In this document: piece by piece, positions 29,697 through 39,250 of the stretch
Numbering within the stretch: the stretch's first letter is position 1
Layout of the letters: every line of letters begins with the position of its first letter
IMG/VR virus record: IMGVR_UViG_3300032799_000664
Span: 32,001-96,000 of that record
Source: a virus
Length of the DNA stretch: 64,000 nucleotides
Reading direction: 5' to 3' (one strand)
Translations under genes and position numbers: made by a program
Notes under the pieces: model-generated
Databases searched by the model: none
Seen by the model: the letters and a program-made list of their open reading frames with translations, nothing else
Told to the model about the DNA's origin: nothing

Positions 29697-30143
29697 CTAC
29701 TTCTTGAACTCGATGCGGTAGAGCTTCTTGCCGTCCTGGCTCTTGACCTCGCTCAGGTATTTCTGGATACGTATCTGGGCATCGGCCGGCGTGGTCTTCA
29801 TCTTGATGAGGTAGTGGGTGTCGACCGGTCCAGCCTTCATGCTCAGGTTCTGAACCTCTTGGCCGGTCTGCTGCAGGGCGCACGCCAAGGCATCGATGCC
29901 CATTCCCTTGAGCGTGTCGAGCAGGACCATCCAATTGGTGCCGCCGCTGGTGATGATGGCAATGACGGCGGGCAGCAACTCGACGGCCTGGGTCTTGACT
30001 GCCTCGATGGCGCAGTCGATGACCAGGGTGGCGATCTGGCCGGGCTTGCTCTTGCAGTCGCCGCGGAAGACGCAGCAAGAGCTGAGGGTGAGGCAGAAGA
30101 TCGGAACGATGAGCATCAGAGCGAGCTTGCGAATCGGACGCAT
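29697..30143 (-). CDS. putative lipoprotein/membrane protein (possible lysis accessory)
   Basis: signal peptide with lipobox-like LSSC; GGAGG RBS. Confidence 0.6.
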   Translation of the reverse strand: MRPIRKLALMLIVPIFCLTLSSCCVFRGDCKSKPGQIATLVIDCAIEAVKTQAVELLPAVIAIITSGGTNWMVLLDTLKGMGIDALACALQQTGQEVQNLSMKAGPVDTHYLIKMKTTPADAQIRIQKYLSEVKSQDGKKLYRIEFKK

Positions 30144-30154
30144 GGTCAACCTCC

Positions 30155-30169
30155 CTTTACCAGGTAAAG
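30155..30169. promoter_or_regulatory. palindrome CTTTAC-CAG-GTAAAG (site 4)
   Basis: perfect match between the terminator U-tract and the RBS of the lysis-like cassette. Confidence 0.7.
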
Positions 30170-30204
30170 AAAAAAGGGGCGCGACGAATCGCATCAACGC
30201 CCCT
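30166..30204 (-). terminator. rho-independent terminator
   Basis: minus strand AGGGGCG...CGCCCCT then TTTTTCTTT; preceded by a 12-bp hairpin CCTAGTTGACGA/TCGTCAACTAGG (30207-30240). Confidence 0.75.
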
Positions 30205-30235
30205 ATCCTAGTTGACGAGCTTATCTCATCGTCAA

Positions 30236-30469
30236 CTAGGTCTCAACCGGGAAGAACTGGAAATACTCCCACTGAGGACACATGACGGCGTCTTCGGTGG
30301 CCAGCCGGCGCAAGGTGAGTTGGATCTTCTTCGCCTGCTGCTGACACTTGACGCAGACCGTGGCGACGGTCTGCTCACCTTGCCGCATGATGAGTGCCTG
30401 GGAAGCGGCGCTCATGGGGATGGGTTCACGACAGTTGCTGCAATCGGCGTAGTTGTAGTCCTTGGCCAT
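30236..30469 (-). CDS. small Zn-binding hypothetical protein
   Basis: MAKDYNYADCSNC...CVKC; GAGG RBS. Confidence 0.6.
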   Translation of the reverse strand: MAKDYNYADCSNCREPIPMSAASQALIMRQGEQTVATVCVKCQQQAKKIQLTLRRLATEDAVMCPQWEYFQFFPVET

Positions 30470-30476
30470 GGTTTCC

Positions 30477-33203
30477 TCAACCGCAGCCCGCGGCGTAGCC
30501 GCAGGTGGGGCACTTGTGGCAGTTGGCGCCGCTGTGCACCGTGATGGCACCACAGACCGGGCAAGGTGGATTGGCGCCGATGCCGCCCTTCGTGGCGGGA
30601 CGCAGCTCGTGATTCGGCGCATCGGACAGTTCTTCCTTCGGCGTACCGTGGCCGTTGGTCACCGGGTGTTTCAGGAAGATCGCCGCGAGCTTGCGCACCA
30701 CGGCATCGTAGATGCTGTGCGCGTAGCCGATCTCCGGATCGTTGCAGAACCCCGACGGCGCGAACTTGGTGTACGCGAAGCTCTCGACCAGCTTCTCGAG
30801 CGGCACGTCAGCTTGGAGGCACTGCGAGAAGGCGATGGCCCAACCCTTGACTAGACCGCTGACGGTGGATCCCTCCTTGGCCAGCTCGATGAAAATCTCG
30901 CCGGGCATGTCGGTGTCTTCGAACGGCGTCACCAGTGCGTAGCCCTTGATGCCACCGAATTCGAAGCGAATGCGGTGCGCGTTGGACTGGTGATCCTTCA
31001 GTTTGCGCATTCGCTTGGTCCCGAGCACGACTCCGGGACCCTTAGCACCAGTGGTCAGCGGTTGTTCCAGCTTGGAACCATCTCGGTAGACGGTCACGGC
31101 CTTGAGCCCCAGCTTCCACGCATCGAGGAAAGCTTGGCCGACCTGTTCCACGGTGGTCGCGGCAGGAATGTTCATGGTCTTCGAGATGGATCCGGAGAGG
31201 AAAGGTTGCACCGCAGCCGTCATGCGCAGATGCGCATCGAGATTCAGCGTCCGCCCACTCGGAGTCGCGGCCATGGCACAGTCGAATACCGACAGATGCT
31301 TGGACGCTAGGTGCGGGCAACGGTCCAGGTTCTTGTGCTCGCCCAGCCAGGTCAGGATCTTCGCTTGAACCGCCACCGGGTAGTGCAAGGCCGTGAGCGC
31401 CTGGCCAACGCCATCGTTCTCCAGGACGATGATGCCGCCCCCGACAAGCTTCTTCTCCTTGTAGAGGCAGGCTTCCGGCTCCACGCCCGTGGTCTGGCAG
31501 TCCATGAGGAAGCCGATGGTGCCAGTAGGCGCCAGCAATGTCACCTGCGCGTTGCGGAAGCCGTACTCGTCGCCCCAGCTCGTCGCCTGTGACCAGCGCA
31601 TAGTGGATTCGAAGCCGTGTTCCTGTGCCGCTCGCAGGTGACGATCAACGACTTCAAGGTGCGAAGCGCGATTGCGAGCAAAAGCTTCGTAGGACCCGTG
31701 GGCCGCCGCTAGCTGCGCCGAAGTGGCGTAGGCCGTCGCGGTCATCAGCGACGTGATCTCAGCGGCGACGCGTCGTCCCGTGTCGCTGTCGTAGGGCACT
31801 CCGATCGACATGAGATAGGCGCCGAGATTGGCGTAGCCCAGCCCGAGCGGCCGATAGTGACGACTGTTCTCGGCGATCTTGGACGTCGGGTAGAACGCCG
31901 GTTCCACCATGACGTCCTGCGCGATGATGAAGGTCTGGACGGCATGACCGAAGGCGACGTGGTTGAAGGTGCCATCCTCGTTGCGAAACTTCATCAGGTT
32001 CAGCGACGCCAGGTTGCAGGCGGAGTCATCGATGAACATGAACTCGCCACATGGATTCGAGGCGCCGATGCGAGCATCGCTGGGACAGGTGTGCCACAGG
32101 TTGATGGTCGAATCGAACTGCATGCCCGGGTCGCCACAGGTGTGTGCGGCCTCGCTTAGGCGCTTGAAGATCTTCAGCACCGGCACCCGTTCGACCACCT
32201 CACCAGTGGTGCGCGAAGTGAGATCCCACAGGTATTCCCCGTCAGGATCGTTCAGCGCCTCTTCGACGAGCGACATGAATTCGTCGTCGACGCGCACCGT
32301 GTGATTCGCGTTCTGGAAAGCGACCGAGGCATAGGCGCCATTGGAATCGTTGAGATCGACAGGGTATCCCGCCGCCATCAACACCTGCGCCTTTCGCTCC
32401 TCGAGCAACTTGCTATCGATGAATTCGAGGATGTCGGGATGGTCCGCGTCGAGGATGCGCATGGCCGCGGCGCGTCGGGTAGTTCCGCCGCTCTTGATGA
32501 CGCCGCCCCAGGCGTCGAGTCCTCGCATGAAGGAGACGGGTCCCGAGGCGCGACCACCGCCGCTGAGGGGTTCCTTCGAGGAGCGTAGGCTCGAGAGGTT
32601 GACACCGGCTCCGGAACCAAGCTTGAAGATAGCAGTCTCGTGTGCCTGTAGCTGGGCAATCGAAGACAAGTCGTCCGTTACGCCCTGGATGAAGCAGGCC
32701 GCGATCTGGGGTTCACGGTCTTCGACTCCGAGGTTGAACCACACCGGCGAGTTGAAAGCGCCGCGCTGAGTCAGCAGCAGGTAGGTCAGGTCGTTGCGGA
32801 ACCGCTGCACATCTTCGTTCGTGGTGAAGTACGCCTGTTGCACTGCCCAGTCCCGGATGGTGTCGACCACACGGCGGATCAGCTGCCGTATGCTGACTTC
32901 ACGCTCGGGTGTTCCCAGCCGGCCGCGAAAGTATTTCTGCGCGGCGATGAGCACAGCGCGGTCCGACCAACCCGTCGGGGCTTCGACGCCGAGCTGCTCG
33001 AAGACAACCGCGCCATCTTTCCCGGTCAGGACCACGTCCACCGTTCGCCACTCCACCATGTCGAACGGGTCTTGTTGCTCAGGACAGAAGGACGCGCTGT
33101 AGGTCAACCCACGCTGAATACTGACCCCATTCGGCTCTTGTTCGCTCGATAGTGGCAGACTCTTCTCGACGACGGACAAGCCGTAGGGAACGGTGTTCTC
33201 CAT
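30477..33203 (-). CDS. nrdJ: class II (B12-dependent) ribonucleotide reductase
   Basis: FNSPVWFN, AACFI, SNPCGE, ACNLASLNL, LAPTGTI, ISKTMN, VYRDGSK; C-terminal Zn ribbon. Confidence 0.93.
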   Translation of the reverse strand: MENTVPYGLSVVEKSLPLSSEQEPNGVSIQRGLTYSASFCPEQQDPFDMVEWRTVDVVLTGKDGAVVFEQLGVEAPTGWSDRAVLIAAQKYFRGRLGTPEREVSIRQLIRRVVDTIRDWAVQQAYFTTNEDVQRFRNDLTYLLLTQRGAFNSPVWFNLGVEDREPQIAACFIQGVTDDLSSIAQLQAHETAIFKLGSGAGVNLSSLRSSKEPLSGGGRASGPVSFMRGLDAWGGVIKSGGTTRRAAAMRILDADHPDILEFIDSKLLEERKAQVLMAAGYPVDLNDSNGAYASVAFQNANHTVRVDDEFMSLVEEALNDPDGEYLWDLTSRTTGEVVERVPVLKIFKRLSEAAHTCGDPGMQFDSTINLWHTCPSDARIGASNPCGEFMFIDDSACNLASLNLMKFRNEDGTFNHVAFGHAVQTFIIAQDVMVEPAFYPTSKIAENSRHYRPLGLGYANLGAYLMSIGVPYDSDTGRRVAAEITSLMTATAYATSAQLAAAHGSYEAFARNRASHLEVVDRHLRAAQEHGFESTMRWSQATSWGDEYGFRNAQVTLLAPTGTIGFLMDCQTTGVEPEACLYKEKKLVGGGIIVLENDGVGQALTALHYPVAVQAKILTWLGEHKNLDRCPHLASKHLSVFDCAMAATPSGRTLNLDAHLRMTAAVQPFLSGSISKTMNIPAATTVEQVGQAFLDAWKLGLKAVTVYRDGSKLEQPLTTGAKGPGVVLGTKRMRKLKDHQSNAHRIRFEFGGIKGYALVTPFEDTDMPGEIFIELAKEGSTVSGLVKGWAIAFSQCLQADVPLEKLVESFAYTKFAPSGFCNDPEIGYAHSIYDAVVRKLAAIFLKHPVTNGHGTPKEELSDAPNHELRPATKGGIGANPPCPVCGAITVHSGANCHKCPTCGYAAGCG

Positions 33204-33226
33204 GAAGTCCTTCTCCTTCCAGGCGG

Positions 33227-33820
33227 TCAGATAGTGCGGGGGAACAGGCGGAGTCGGGTCCGTCGCGGTCGACCTTCTTGGCGGCGCAGAACGGTCGCGG
33301 CGGCCTCGACTTCGTGGCGCTTAGTCGAGGTGTGTTCGGTGCATTCTTTGGCCAGTTGCGCGAGTCCATGTGCGTCGCACACGTCGTCACCGTACTGGGT
33401 GAAGTCAAAGCCCCAGCGCTCAGCGCTGGCGCGCATCATCTCACCTTTGTCGGCGCCGGAGCGGCCACTCACGAACTTCTTGAGCACGGCCGGCGGCACA
33501 CAGTGCACGGTCGCCGTCGGGAAGAGGTCCTTGAGGACCACCTGAACGACACCGTTGACCTGTCCTAACTGATCGATGTCGCCGATCGAACCGAGTGACT
33601 GGGCTTCCATGGCTGCAGTTTCGACTTCGCCACCCCAGGGCGCCAACGTGTGTTGCAACAGATCTCGGAGTGCTGCTAGGCGTTCCGGCCCGCGTAGATC
33701 AGCCGGTGGCGCGAGACGCTTCAACAAGACCGCGCAATTGTCTCGCAGCACACAGACACCGATCTTGCGCAAGGACTGGTCAACCCCCACGTAGGTCCAG
33801 GCTTCCCTTGCGTCAGACAC
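33227..33820 (-). CDS. RuvC-like Holliday junction resolvase
   Basis: VGVDQSL..IG, AMEA, LKKFVSG..GADK, DDVCDAHGLA. Confidence 0.8.
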   Translation of the reverse strand: MSDAREAWTYVGVDQSLRKIGVCVLRDNCAVLLKRLAPPADLRGPERLAALRDLLQHTLAPWGGEVETAAMEAQSLGSIGDIDQLGQVNGVVQVVLKDLFPTATVHCVPPAVLKKFVSGRSGADKGEMMRASAERWGFDFTQYGDDVCDAHGLAQLAKECTEHTSTKRHEVEAAATVLRRQEGRPRRTRLRLFPRTI

Positions 33821-33826
33821 CAGGGT

Positions 33827-33872
33827 AGTATCGAGTCACAGAGACGTCGACGTCAACGCCATTCTCTTTACG
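33827..33872 (-). promoter_or_regulatory. sigma70-like promoter TTGACG-N18-GATACT with upstream CGTAAAGAG half-site
   Basis: -35 at 33851-33856, -10 at 33827-33832; GTG start 6 nt downstream (possibly leaderless); same geometry as 57341-57386. Confidence 0.55.
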
Positions 33873-33892
33873 CGATCCAACAGGAGCTGAGG

Positions 33893-34570
33893 ATGTCGGT
33901 CGCGGTTACGCTGAAGCAAGAGAAGACAGTCCTGACCGACAAGTTCCGCGTCGTGTCGTGGATCACCAATGCTCTGCCGGCGGACCTCTACCCGCTCTTC
34001 GTCATGGAGATGGGTCTCGATCCCTGGGAAGAGCTCTACGATCGCGTGGCCACGCTGGACGACTTGGCGCGCTATCTCGAAAACCCGCTGACGAGATTCG
34101 CAGACGCCGTCGTCGATTTCTCCGGTCTCAGTCCGACGACTGGGGACGTTCTCATCGTCACCAGCGCTTTGCCCGAGTGGGAGAGCGCCTTCCTGGCCCG
34201 TACCGCCGGACCACCAGCGGGTTTCCGCTTCAGCCTCAACATGAGCGGCGTTGGTAGTGTGCCCTACATCGTCGTCGACTTCACGACGCCGCTGTGGAAA
34301 GCTTTCCCCGATGCTCGCTCCGGCCTGGCTTGGATCCTGAAGAACAGCACCGAGGCGGTCACCAAAGGCAGTGGCACGCTCGGCTACACGCGAGCGCGCA
34401 ACGACGCTGCTGACAAGTTCCTACGCCGACACCTGACCGCGCTATACGCCCTCGCCGCGCAGGCTGAAGCCCACGCGCAAGCCGTCGATACTGGTGTCCA
34501 CTCGGTCGCTACGGCGGCTGACACTACCCCGCCACCGTTCGGTGGTTTCTCGGAGCACACGTACCCATGA
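33893..34570 (+). CDS. putative virion protein, paralog 1 of 3
   Basis: AGGAG RBS; shares LFV...RVAT..DL motif with the next two ORFs. Confidence 0.6.
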   Translation: MSVAVTLKQEKTVLTDKFRVVSWITNALPADLYPLFVMEMGLDPWEELYDRVATLDDLARYLENPLTRFADAVVDFSGLSPTTGDVLIVTSALPEWESAFLARTAGPPAGFRFSLNMSGVGSVPYIVVDFTTPLWKAFPDARSGLAWILKNSTEAVTKGSGTLGYTRARNDAADKFLRRHLTALYALAAQAEAHAQAVDTGVHSVATAADTTPPPFGGFSEHTYP

Positions 34571-34944
34571 ACGTCAGCATTACGCTGTCGCAGGTGCAGT
34601 CGATCATCGACGACCAGGGCACACCGAAGTACCGGGTCGCCAACCAGATCAGCGCCACCGAGAATCTCACGCTGGCGCTCTTCGTCAACGACGTGGATCC
34701 CGACGCGTACAGCCACATCGCTTCGCCTTACGACTTAGAGAGCTACCCCGAAGACCGCAACGCAGCCATCGACGCGGGACTCGACTTCTACCGTCGATCA
34801 GACGCCACTCGCGACTTCACCGCCCTCGACGAGGCACTCTATTTCGCCGCGGTGGTGCGGCAACAGCTGGCGTATCTGGCACCGGCGACCGCCGAGACTG
34901 CCGACGCTTTCCCGTCGACGACCACCTACGTCTTTACGTCGTAA
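34567..34944 (+). CDS. putative virion protein, paralog 2 of 3
   Basis: ATGA overlap; LFV...HIAS..DL...YRR motif. Confidence 0.6.
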   Translation: MNVSITLSQVQSIIDDQGTPKYRVANQISATENLTLALFVNDVDPDAYSHIASPYDLESYPEDRNAAIDAGLDFYRRSDATRDFTALDEALYFAAVVRQQLAYLAPATAETADAFPSTTTYVFTS

Positions 34945-34946
34945 AG
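34932..34946. promoter_or_regulatory. palindrome CTTTAC-GTC-GTAAAG (site 5)
   Basis: perfect match overlapping a stop codon and next to the RBS of the 34957 gene. Confidence 0.65.
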
Positions 34947-34956
34947 GGAGCACAGC

Positions 34957-35967
34957 ATGTCTTTCACCGTCTCCCAACAGACCCGCCAAGCACGCACCAG
35001 CAGCGGTACGCTGCAGTACGAGATTCTGGCGGAAGTCACGGACGCCGGCGACTTGCCCGACAAGAATCTGTTCGTGATGATGATCGTAGATCGCGAAGAT
35101 CCCAAGACCGATACCTTCGCACGAATCGCTACGGTAGCTGATCTGGGACCGGTTCCCCCCACCAGTGATGGATTGTCCATTGACCGTCCCACTGCGCTGC
35201 TGCTCACCCCTGAACCCGACACGGCGTATTACCGCATCAACCTCGCCACGTTCATCTATACCGATCTGGCCACCGCAGTCGCGGCTCAAGACGTGCTCAA
35301 GACGCGTCTCGATGAGCTGGTGACCGACTGGCAGACGTACCTCGGCCAGTTCCTCGCCGACGGTTCGATCAAGCCGATCGACGTGACCGACCATCCCCGC
35401 TACACCCAAGATGCCTACACGGCGCTCGTGCAGTCGTACGTCACCGCTGTGAAGACGGAAGCCACGGCGAAGCTGACGGTCGACACTGCTAAGGAAGCCT
35501 ACGACGCAGCTGTAGCTGCGGCTGCGTTGGCGCAGACCGCCGTCACGCAAGCCCAGGGGATCTACAACGACTGTCTCGTAGCCAAGAATGTTGTCGATGC
35601 GTTCGCCGCGGGGATGTACAGCTTCATCAACGGTGCCGCGCAGACTTACCGGAACACGACACCCCTCAAGGGTGGATCACCGGATGCCGAGACCACCTAT
35701 GACACCGGCAAGAACACGGCACTGGCGCTGACGGACCCGCGTCCTGGTTGCGCCACGTTCTGCGGTGATCGGCAGACGGACCTCACCAACGCTCAGATCG
35801 CCACGGCTACCGCCAACACCAACGTCGCTTCGGCGCGTACAACCTACGAAGACGCCAAGGCGGCCCACGCGGCGGCGCAGGCGGCTACCGAAGCCAACCT
35901 GGCCGCCGTGCGCAGCCTCAAGCCCTCGTTCGACCCACTCACCGACATCCCCGCCGGCGTCTCCTAG
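34957..35967 (+). CDS. putative virion protein, paralog 3 of 3, with Ala/Thr-rich coiled-coil tail
   Basis: LFV...RIAT..DL...YYR motif; helical C-terminus. Confidence 0.6.
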   Translation: MSFTVSQQTRQARTSSGTLQYEILAEVTDAGDLPDKNLFVMMIVDREDPKTDTFARIATVADLGPVPPTSDGLSIDRPTALLLTPEPDTAYYRINLATFIYTDLATAVAAQDVLKTRLDELVTDWQTYLGQFLADGSIKPIDVTDHPRYTQDAYTALVQSYVTAVKTEATAKLTVDTAKEAYDAAVAAAALAQTAVTQAQGIYNDCLVAKNVVDAFAAGMYSFINGAAQTYRNTTPLKGGSPDAETTYDTGKNTALALTDPRPGCATFCGDRQTDLTNAQIATATANTNVASARTTYEDAKAAHAAAQAATEANLAAVRSLKPSFDPLTDIPAGVS

Positions 35968-37520
35968 CGCACACACCCCTGAAACGGTAACCCCTGCGGT
36001 GCGTCCTCTGCAGCACCGATATCGAAGTACGGCAGCCGCTCGTGGTGATCAAGGATCTTCTGGAAGGTACTGAAGTCGTGGTCCCGTTCGAACTTCGCCA
36101 ACCAGAGGCGTACCGTCACGTGTCCCAGGTGTAGCTGCACCGTTCCGACTCGAGGCTGTGCCCAGCTGAAACCACCGCGGTTCTTCGATTCGAAGTAGAA
36201 CGAGTAGCTCTTGCCGTGGGAAGTCACTGAGAGGTGCAACCACAACGCCAATCGGCGGCGATCTTCCACTGTCGCCATCGGCGGTATGGCTTCGAGCTTC
36301 TGGCGAATGACGTCTGGGAGGAACTTCTTCAGCTGGTTGAGCGACAAGAATTGCAGAGCAGGCAGCTCTCGGCGTGCGTCACGCGCGGTGCGCGAGACGA
36401 AGACGACCGGGTGTTCTTCGCGTGGTCCAGTACCCCCGCTGTAGGCGCCACCAACGCGCTGCACTACGAACTCAGCTACTCGCCCGGTGCGATCATCCTT
36501 GTGCGCGAAGGGGATGCCACAGATGTGCGCCACAGCCCAGATCTGGTTCAGCGTCAGTGACGTTTGGCTCTCATGCAAATGGCGTCGCGCACACTCGAGG
36601 GTGTAATTGACCAGTCCGGTCTCCGTCCAGGTACCGTGATTGCACTGTTGCGCACGGTACTTGTCGCACGGTCCCCACTTGCTCCCGAAGTAGCACGGTT
36701 TGCACTGTGACCGAATGAAGTTGCGGGTCTTGGCCGACGCACGACTGCGTTCGCTGAGTTTCGCCCGAGCATCTTCAAGATCGTTGAAGTAGTGACTGCT
36801 CGGATCACTGAAAGCGTACCGCCGTCGACCATTTCCCGGGTAGAGGGGGTTTTCGTTCGTCAGGCCTTCGGGAATATAGAGGAAGCCACCGACGGTTGAT
36901 TTCCAAGATTTCAGACCGTCGACGTCGGGATCGGTATGCGTCGCGAGTTGCTGGCGATACGTCGATTGCGAATCTCGCAACGCACCGGTCCAGACCGTGT
37001 TGTCACTACGCAAGACCGGTAGCAGTTCATTCGGCAAAGACGCACGTCGGATCACCTGCACTTGCTCCGGCAGGTTCGTCCACAGACATTCGGCGCCTTG
37101 TGACGGACACCCCTTACAGCCCAGTGCTTTGTTGAGCATCCAACAGGTATCCTGCAAGGTACCGATCGGGGCACTCACGACAGCGTCGCCAATGCGGAAG
37201 TACACAAAGTCACCCTTCCCTGCGGGCGACTCTGCCCGGACGTGGTGAGCCGCATCCGTTGTGAAGAGCACGGCGTACTGTGTCGGTGCCTTTACCGGCC
37301 CTGACGCGTCGGCATAGCGTGGTTGGCTGTGTCGCAGACGCACTGCCAAGAATGCTGGCCCTATCCGCTGTTGCAGCTCGTCGGACAGCATCAGGGTCAC
37401 GATGTCTTCCCCAGTGAGACCCTTGACGCGATCCACGAAGAGCAGCCCGTGCTGACACACCGTGAAGACGCGGGGGTAGTGAATCAGTTCCGCCCTCTCC
37501 TCAGAAGGCAGCGCCATCAT
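35964..37520 (-). CDS. hypothetical Cys-rich protein overlapping the RT stop (candidate RT partner)
   Basis: 518 aa; CW...CKGC...C and CKPC...PC....QC clusters; 20-nt overlap with the RT. Confidence 0.7.
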   Translation of the reverse strand: MMALPSEERAELIHYPRVFTVCQHGLLFVDRVKGLTGEDIVTLMLSDELQQRIGPAFLAVRLRHSQPRYADASGPVKAPTQYAVLFTTDAAHHVRAESPAGKGDFVYFRIGDAVVSAPIGTLQDTCWMLNKALGCKGCPSQGAECLWTNLPEQVQVIRRASLPNELLPVLRSDNTVWTGALRDSQSTYRQQLATHTDPDVDGLKSWKSTVGGFLYIPEGLTNENPLYPGNGRRRYAFSDPSSHYFNDLEDARAKLSERSRASAKTRNFIRSQCKPCYFGSKWGPCDKYRAQQCNHGTWTETGLVNYTLECARRHLHESQTSLTLNQIWAVAHICGIPFAHKDDRTGRVAEFVVQRVGGAYSGGTGPREEHPVVFVSRTARDARRELPALQFLSLNQLKKFLPDVIRQKLEAIPPMATVEDRRRLALWLHLSVTSHGKSYSFYFESKNRGGFSWAQPRVGTVQLHLGHVTVRLWLAKFERDHDFSTFQKILDHHERLPYFDIGAAEDAPQGLPFQGCVR

Positions 37521-38634
37521 CGATGTCCTCTCGAGCACCCTCCTCGATGCTCGCAGTCGCGGCTGCTGCTACCGCTGCCGCGTGCTGCGCCATCGCCTGC
37601 TCCAGCTCGGTCTTGAGATGCACCGCCCGCGCCGGGTTCACCTGCATGAAGTAGGCGACCTTGCCGCGCAGGTGGTCGGCGAAAGCCTCGACGGGATCGA
37701 AGCCGTAGCGCACGGCGTTCTCTTCGAAGCCACGCAGCAGGCAGTTGTGGATGATGGCGCGGTAGCGCCGGTAGACGTCCGCCGGGATGTTGGGGTGTTC
37801 GTTCACGACCATGCCGAGCATCTGCTGACGACGCCAGCACCGCTGGATCTTCAGCTTCTTCGGGTTGGTGCGGTAGCCGGCCTGGAGGATCAACCGCCGC
37901 AGGGTTTCGATGACGTCATCGACTTCTTTCCGCGTCTTCGGCTCGGGGTGAGAGATCGACAGATCGTCGCTATACCGGGTGTAGACCCACCCCGTGCCGT
38001 CCAGGGCCGCCAATACGGGTCGGTCAAGACGCTCCTGAGCTACCAAATTGCAGAGCATCGGCGACGCCGGCGATCCCTGCGGCACGAAGTGGCGGTACTT
38101 CACCTCTTCGGCCTCGTGCCGAGGCGGCTTTCCCCGGAACGGTGCGCGGCGCTCCTGGACCGTGCACAGGTCGGCCAGCAGCCCGCTGACGAAGTGCGAG
38201 TAGCCGATAGTCTGCTTGAAGAAGTGGCGGATCTGCGCCCGGGTGTGGCTGGGAAAGAAGTCCTTCAGGTCCATGGCGATGCGGACCTGGTGCCCGGCAT
38301 GCCGCGCCGCGCTGTCGCGGCATGAGCGGCCTTCGACGTAGGCCCCGACGCAGTCGAGCACGGGCAGGGTGCGCAAGATGCGCAGGTCGACGCGCCGCTG
38401 TAGGTGCTTCAGGCGGTCCTTCGGGTTGTAGATGACGCGGACGCGCCCGTCGGACTTGGGGATGGTGAACCGCTTGTAGAGGTGCGCCTTCTGATCGACG
38501 CAGTACCACAGCGTCTTGCAGCGCACCCCGAGGTAGAGGGCGAGGGCGTAGTCATCGATGACGTAGGGAACTTCAGGGCGTAGAGCTGGAGGTAGCTCCA
38601 GCGTCGTGAGGGTGGTCCTCTTGTAGCTCGACAT
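37501..38634 (-). CDS. retron-type reverse transcriptase
   Basis: YKRFTIPKSDGRVRVIYNP..LK.LQR, SAARH (NAxxH-like), MDLKDFFPS, VPQGSPASP, YTRYSDDLSIS, NPKKLKI, QQMLGMVVN (VTG-like); 377 aa; no maturase or endonuclease domain. Confidence 0.9.
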   Translation of the reverse strand: MSSYKRTTLTTLELPPALRPEVPYVIDDYALALYLGVRCKTLWYCVDQKAHLYKRFTIPKSDGRVRVIYNPKDRLKHLQRRVDLRILRTLPVLDCVGAYVEGRSCRDSAARHAGHQVRIAMDLKDFFPSHTRAQIRHFFKQTIGYSHFVSGLLADLCTVQERRAPFRGKPPRHEAEEVKYRHFVPQGSPASPMLCNLVAQERLDRPVLAALDGTGWVYTRYSDDLSISHPEPKTRKEVDDVIETLRRLILQAGYRTNPKKLKIQRCWRRQQMLGMVVNEHPNIPADVYRRYRAIIHNCLLRGFEENAVRYGFDPVEAFADHLRGKVAYFMQVNPARAVHLKTELEQAMAQHAAAVAAAATASIEEGAREDIDDGAAF

Positions 38635-39250
38635 CCTTGGTCTCCGTGGGCGGTGCCGGTTGCCATAGCGCCAGCTCGTCGTAGCAGTGCTTGCCACCGA
38701 GGTGACAGAGATTCTGCAGGTGGAACATGTGCCGCGGGCACAGCAGACAGACCGGACGCACGGGTCCGCGGGGGGTATAGAGCACGGTCTGGTCGTCGAG
38801 GAAACCCTCGAACTGCAGCTTCGGTGCGCTGATCTCTTCTTGCGCGTTACCGACGTTCTGCGTCCGCAGGTCGGCGTGTTGCGGCGCCATGAGATAAGGC
38901 GCCAACCGTTGCCGTTCCTGGCCTTCCAGGCGCGGTTTGTGGAGCCCGCGTCGGGTGAGCGGCAGCACCGGGATGAGCATGAAGACCGCTGCCGTGCGCG
39001 GCACCAGGGCTTCGATGATCCGTCCTTGCACCGTTGGCTGCCGCGGATTCGCGTGGGGACGCAGCTCATGACACTGCACCGGCAGGTTCTTCACCTTCTC
39101 CCACAGGTCGTCGGTGACGATGACGCACAGCGACCAGGGAAAGACCTTCGGCATGATGGCGCGCTGGGCATCACTGAAGAAGTACACGATGTCGAAGGGG
39201 AACTTCTTGACCAGAGACTTGAGCACACGCAGCTTGAAGATCGTCTCCAT
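38573..39250 (-). CDS. hypothetical protein overlapping the RT start (candidate RT partner)
   Basis: 225 aa; C-terminal CLLC..H..H...CH...HC cluster; TGATG coupling to the VWA gene. Confidence 0.7.
   Translation of the reverse strand: METIFKLRVLKSLVKKFPFDIVYFFSDAQRAIMPKVFPWSLCVIVTDDLWEKVKNLPVQCHELRPHANPRQPTVQGRIIEALVPRTAAVFMLIPVLPLTRRGLHKPRLEGQERQRLAPYLMAPQHADLRTQNVGNAQEEISAPKLQFEGFLDDQTVLYTPRGPVRPVCLLCPRHMFHLQNLCHLGGKHCYDELALWQPAPPTETKDVELQEDHPHDAGATSSSTP

Noticed and set aside
37501-38634. Group II intron or DGR reverse transcriptase
   Set aside because: No maturase or endonuclease domain or flanking intron RNA space; no TR/VR pair differing at adenines was noticed (checked by eye only); motifs are retron-like
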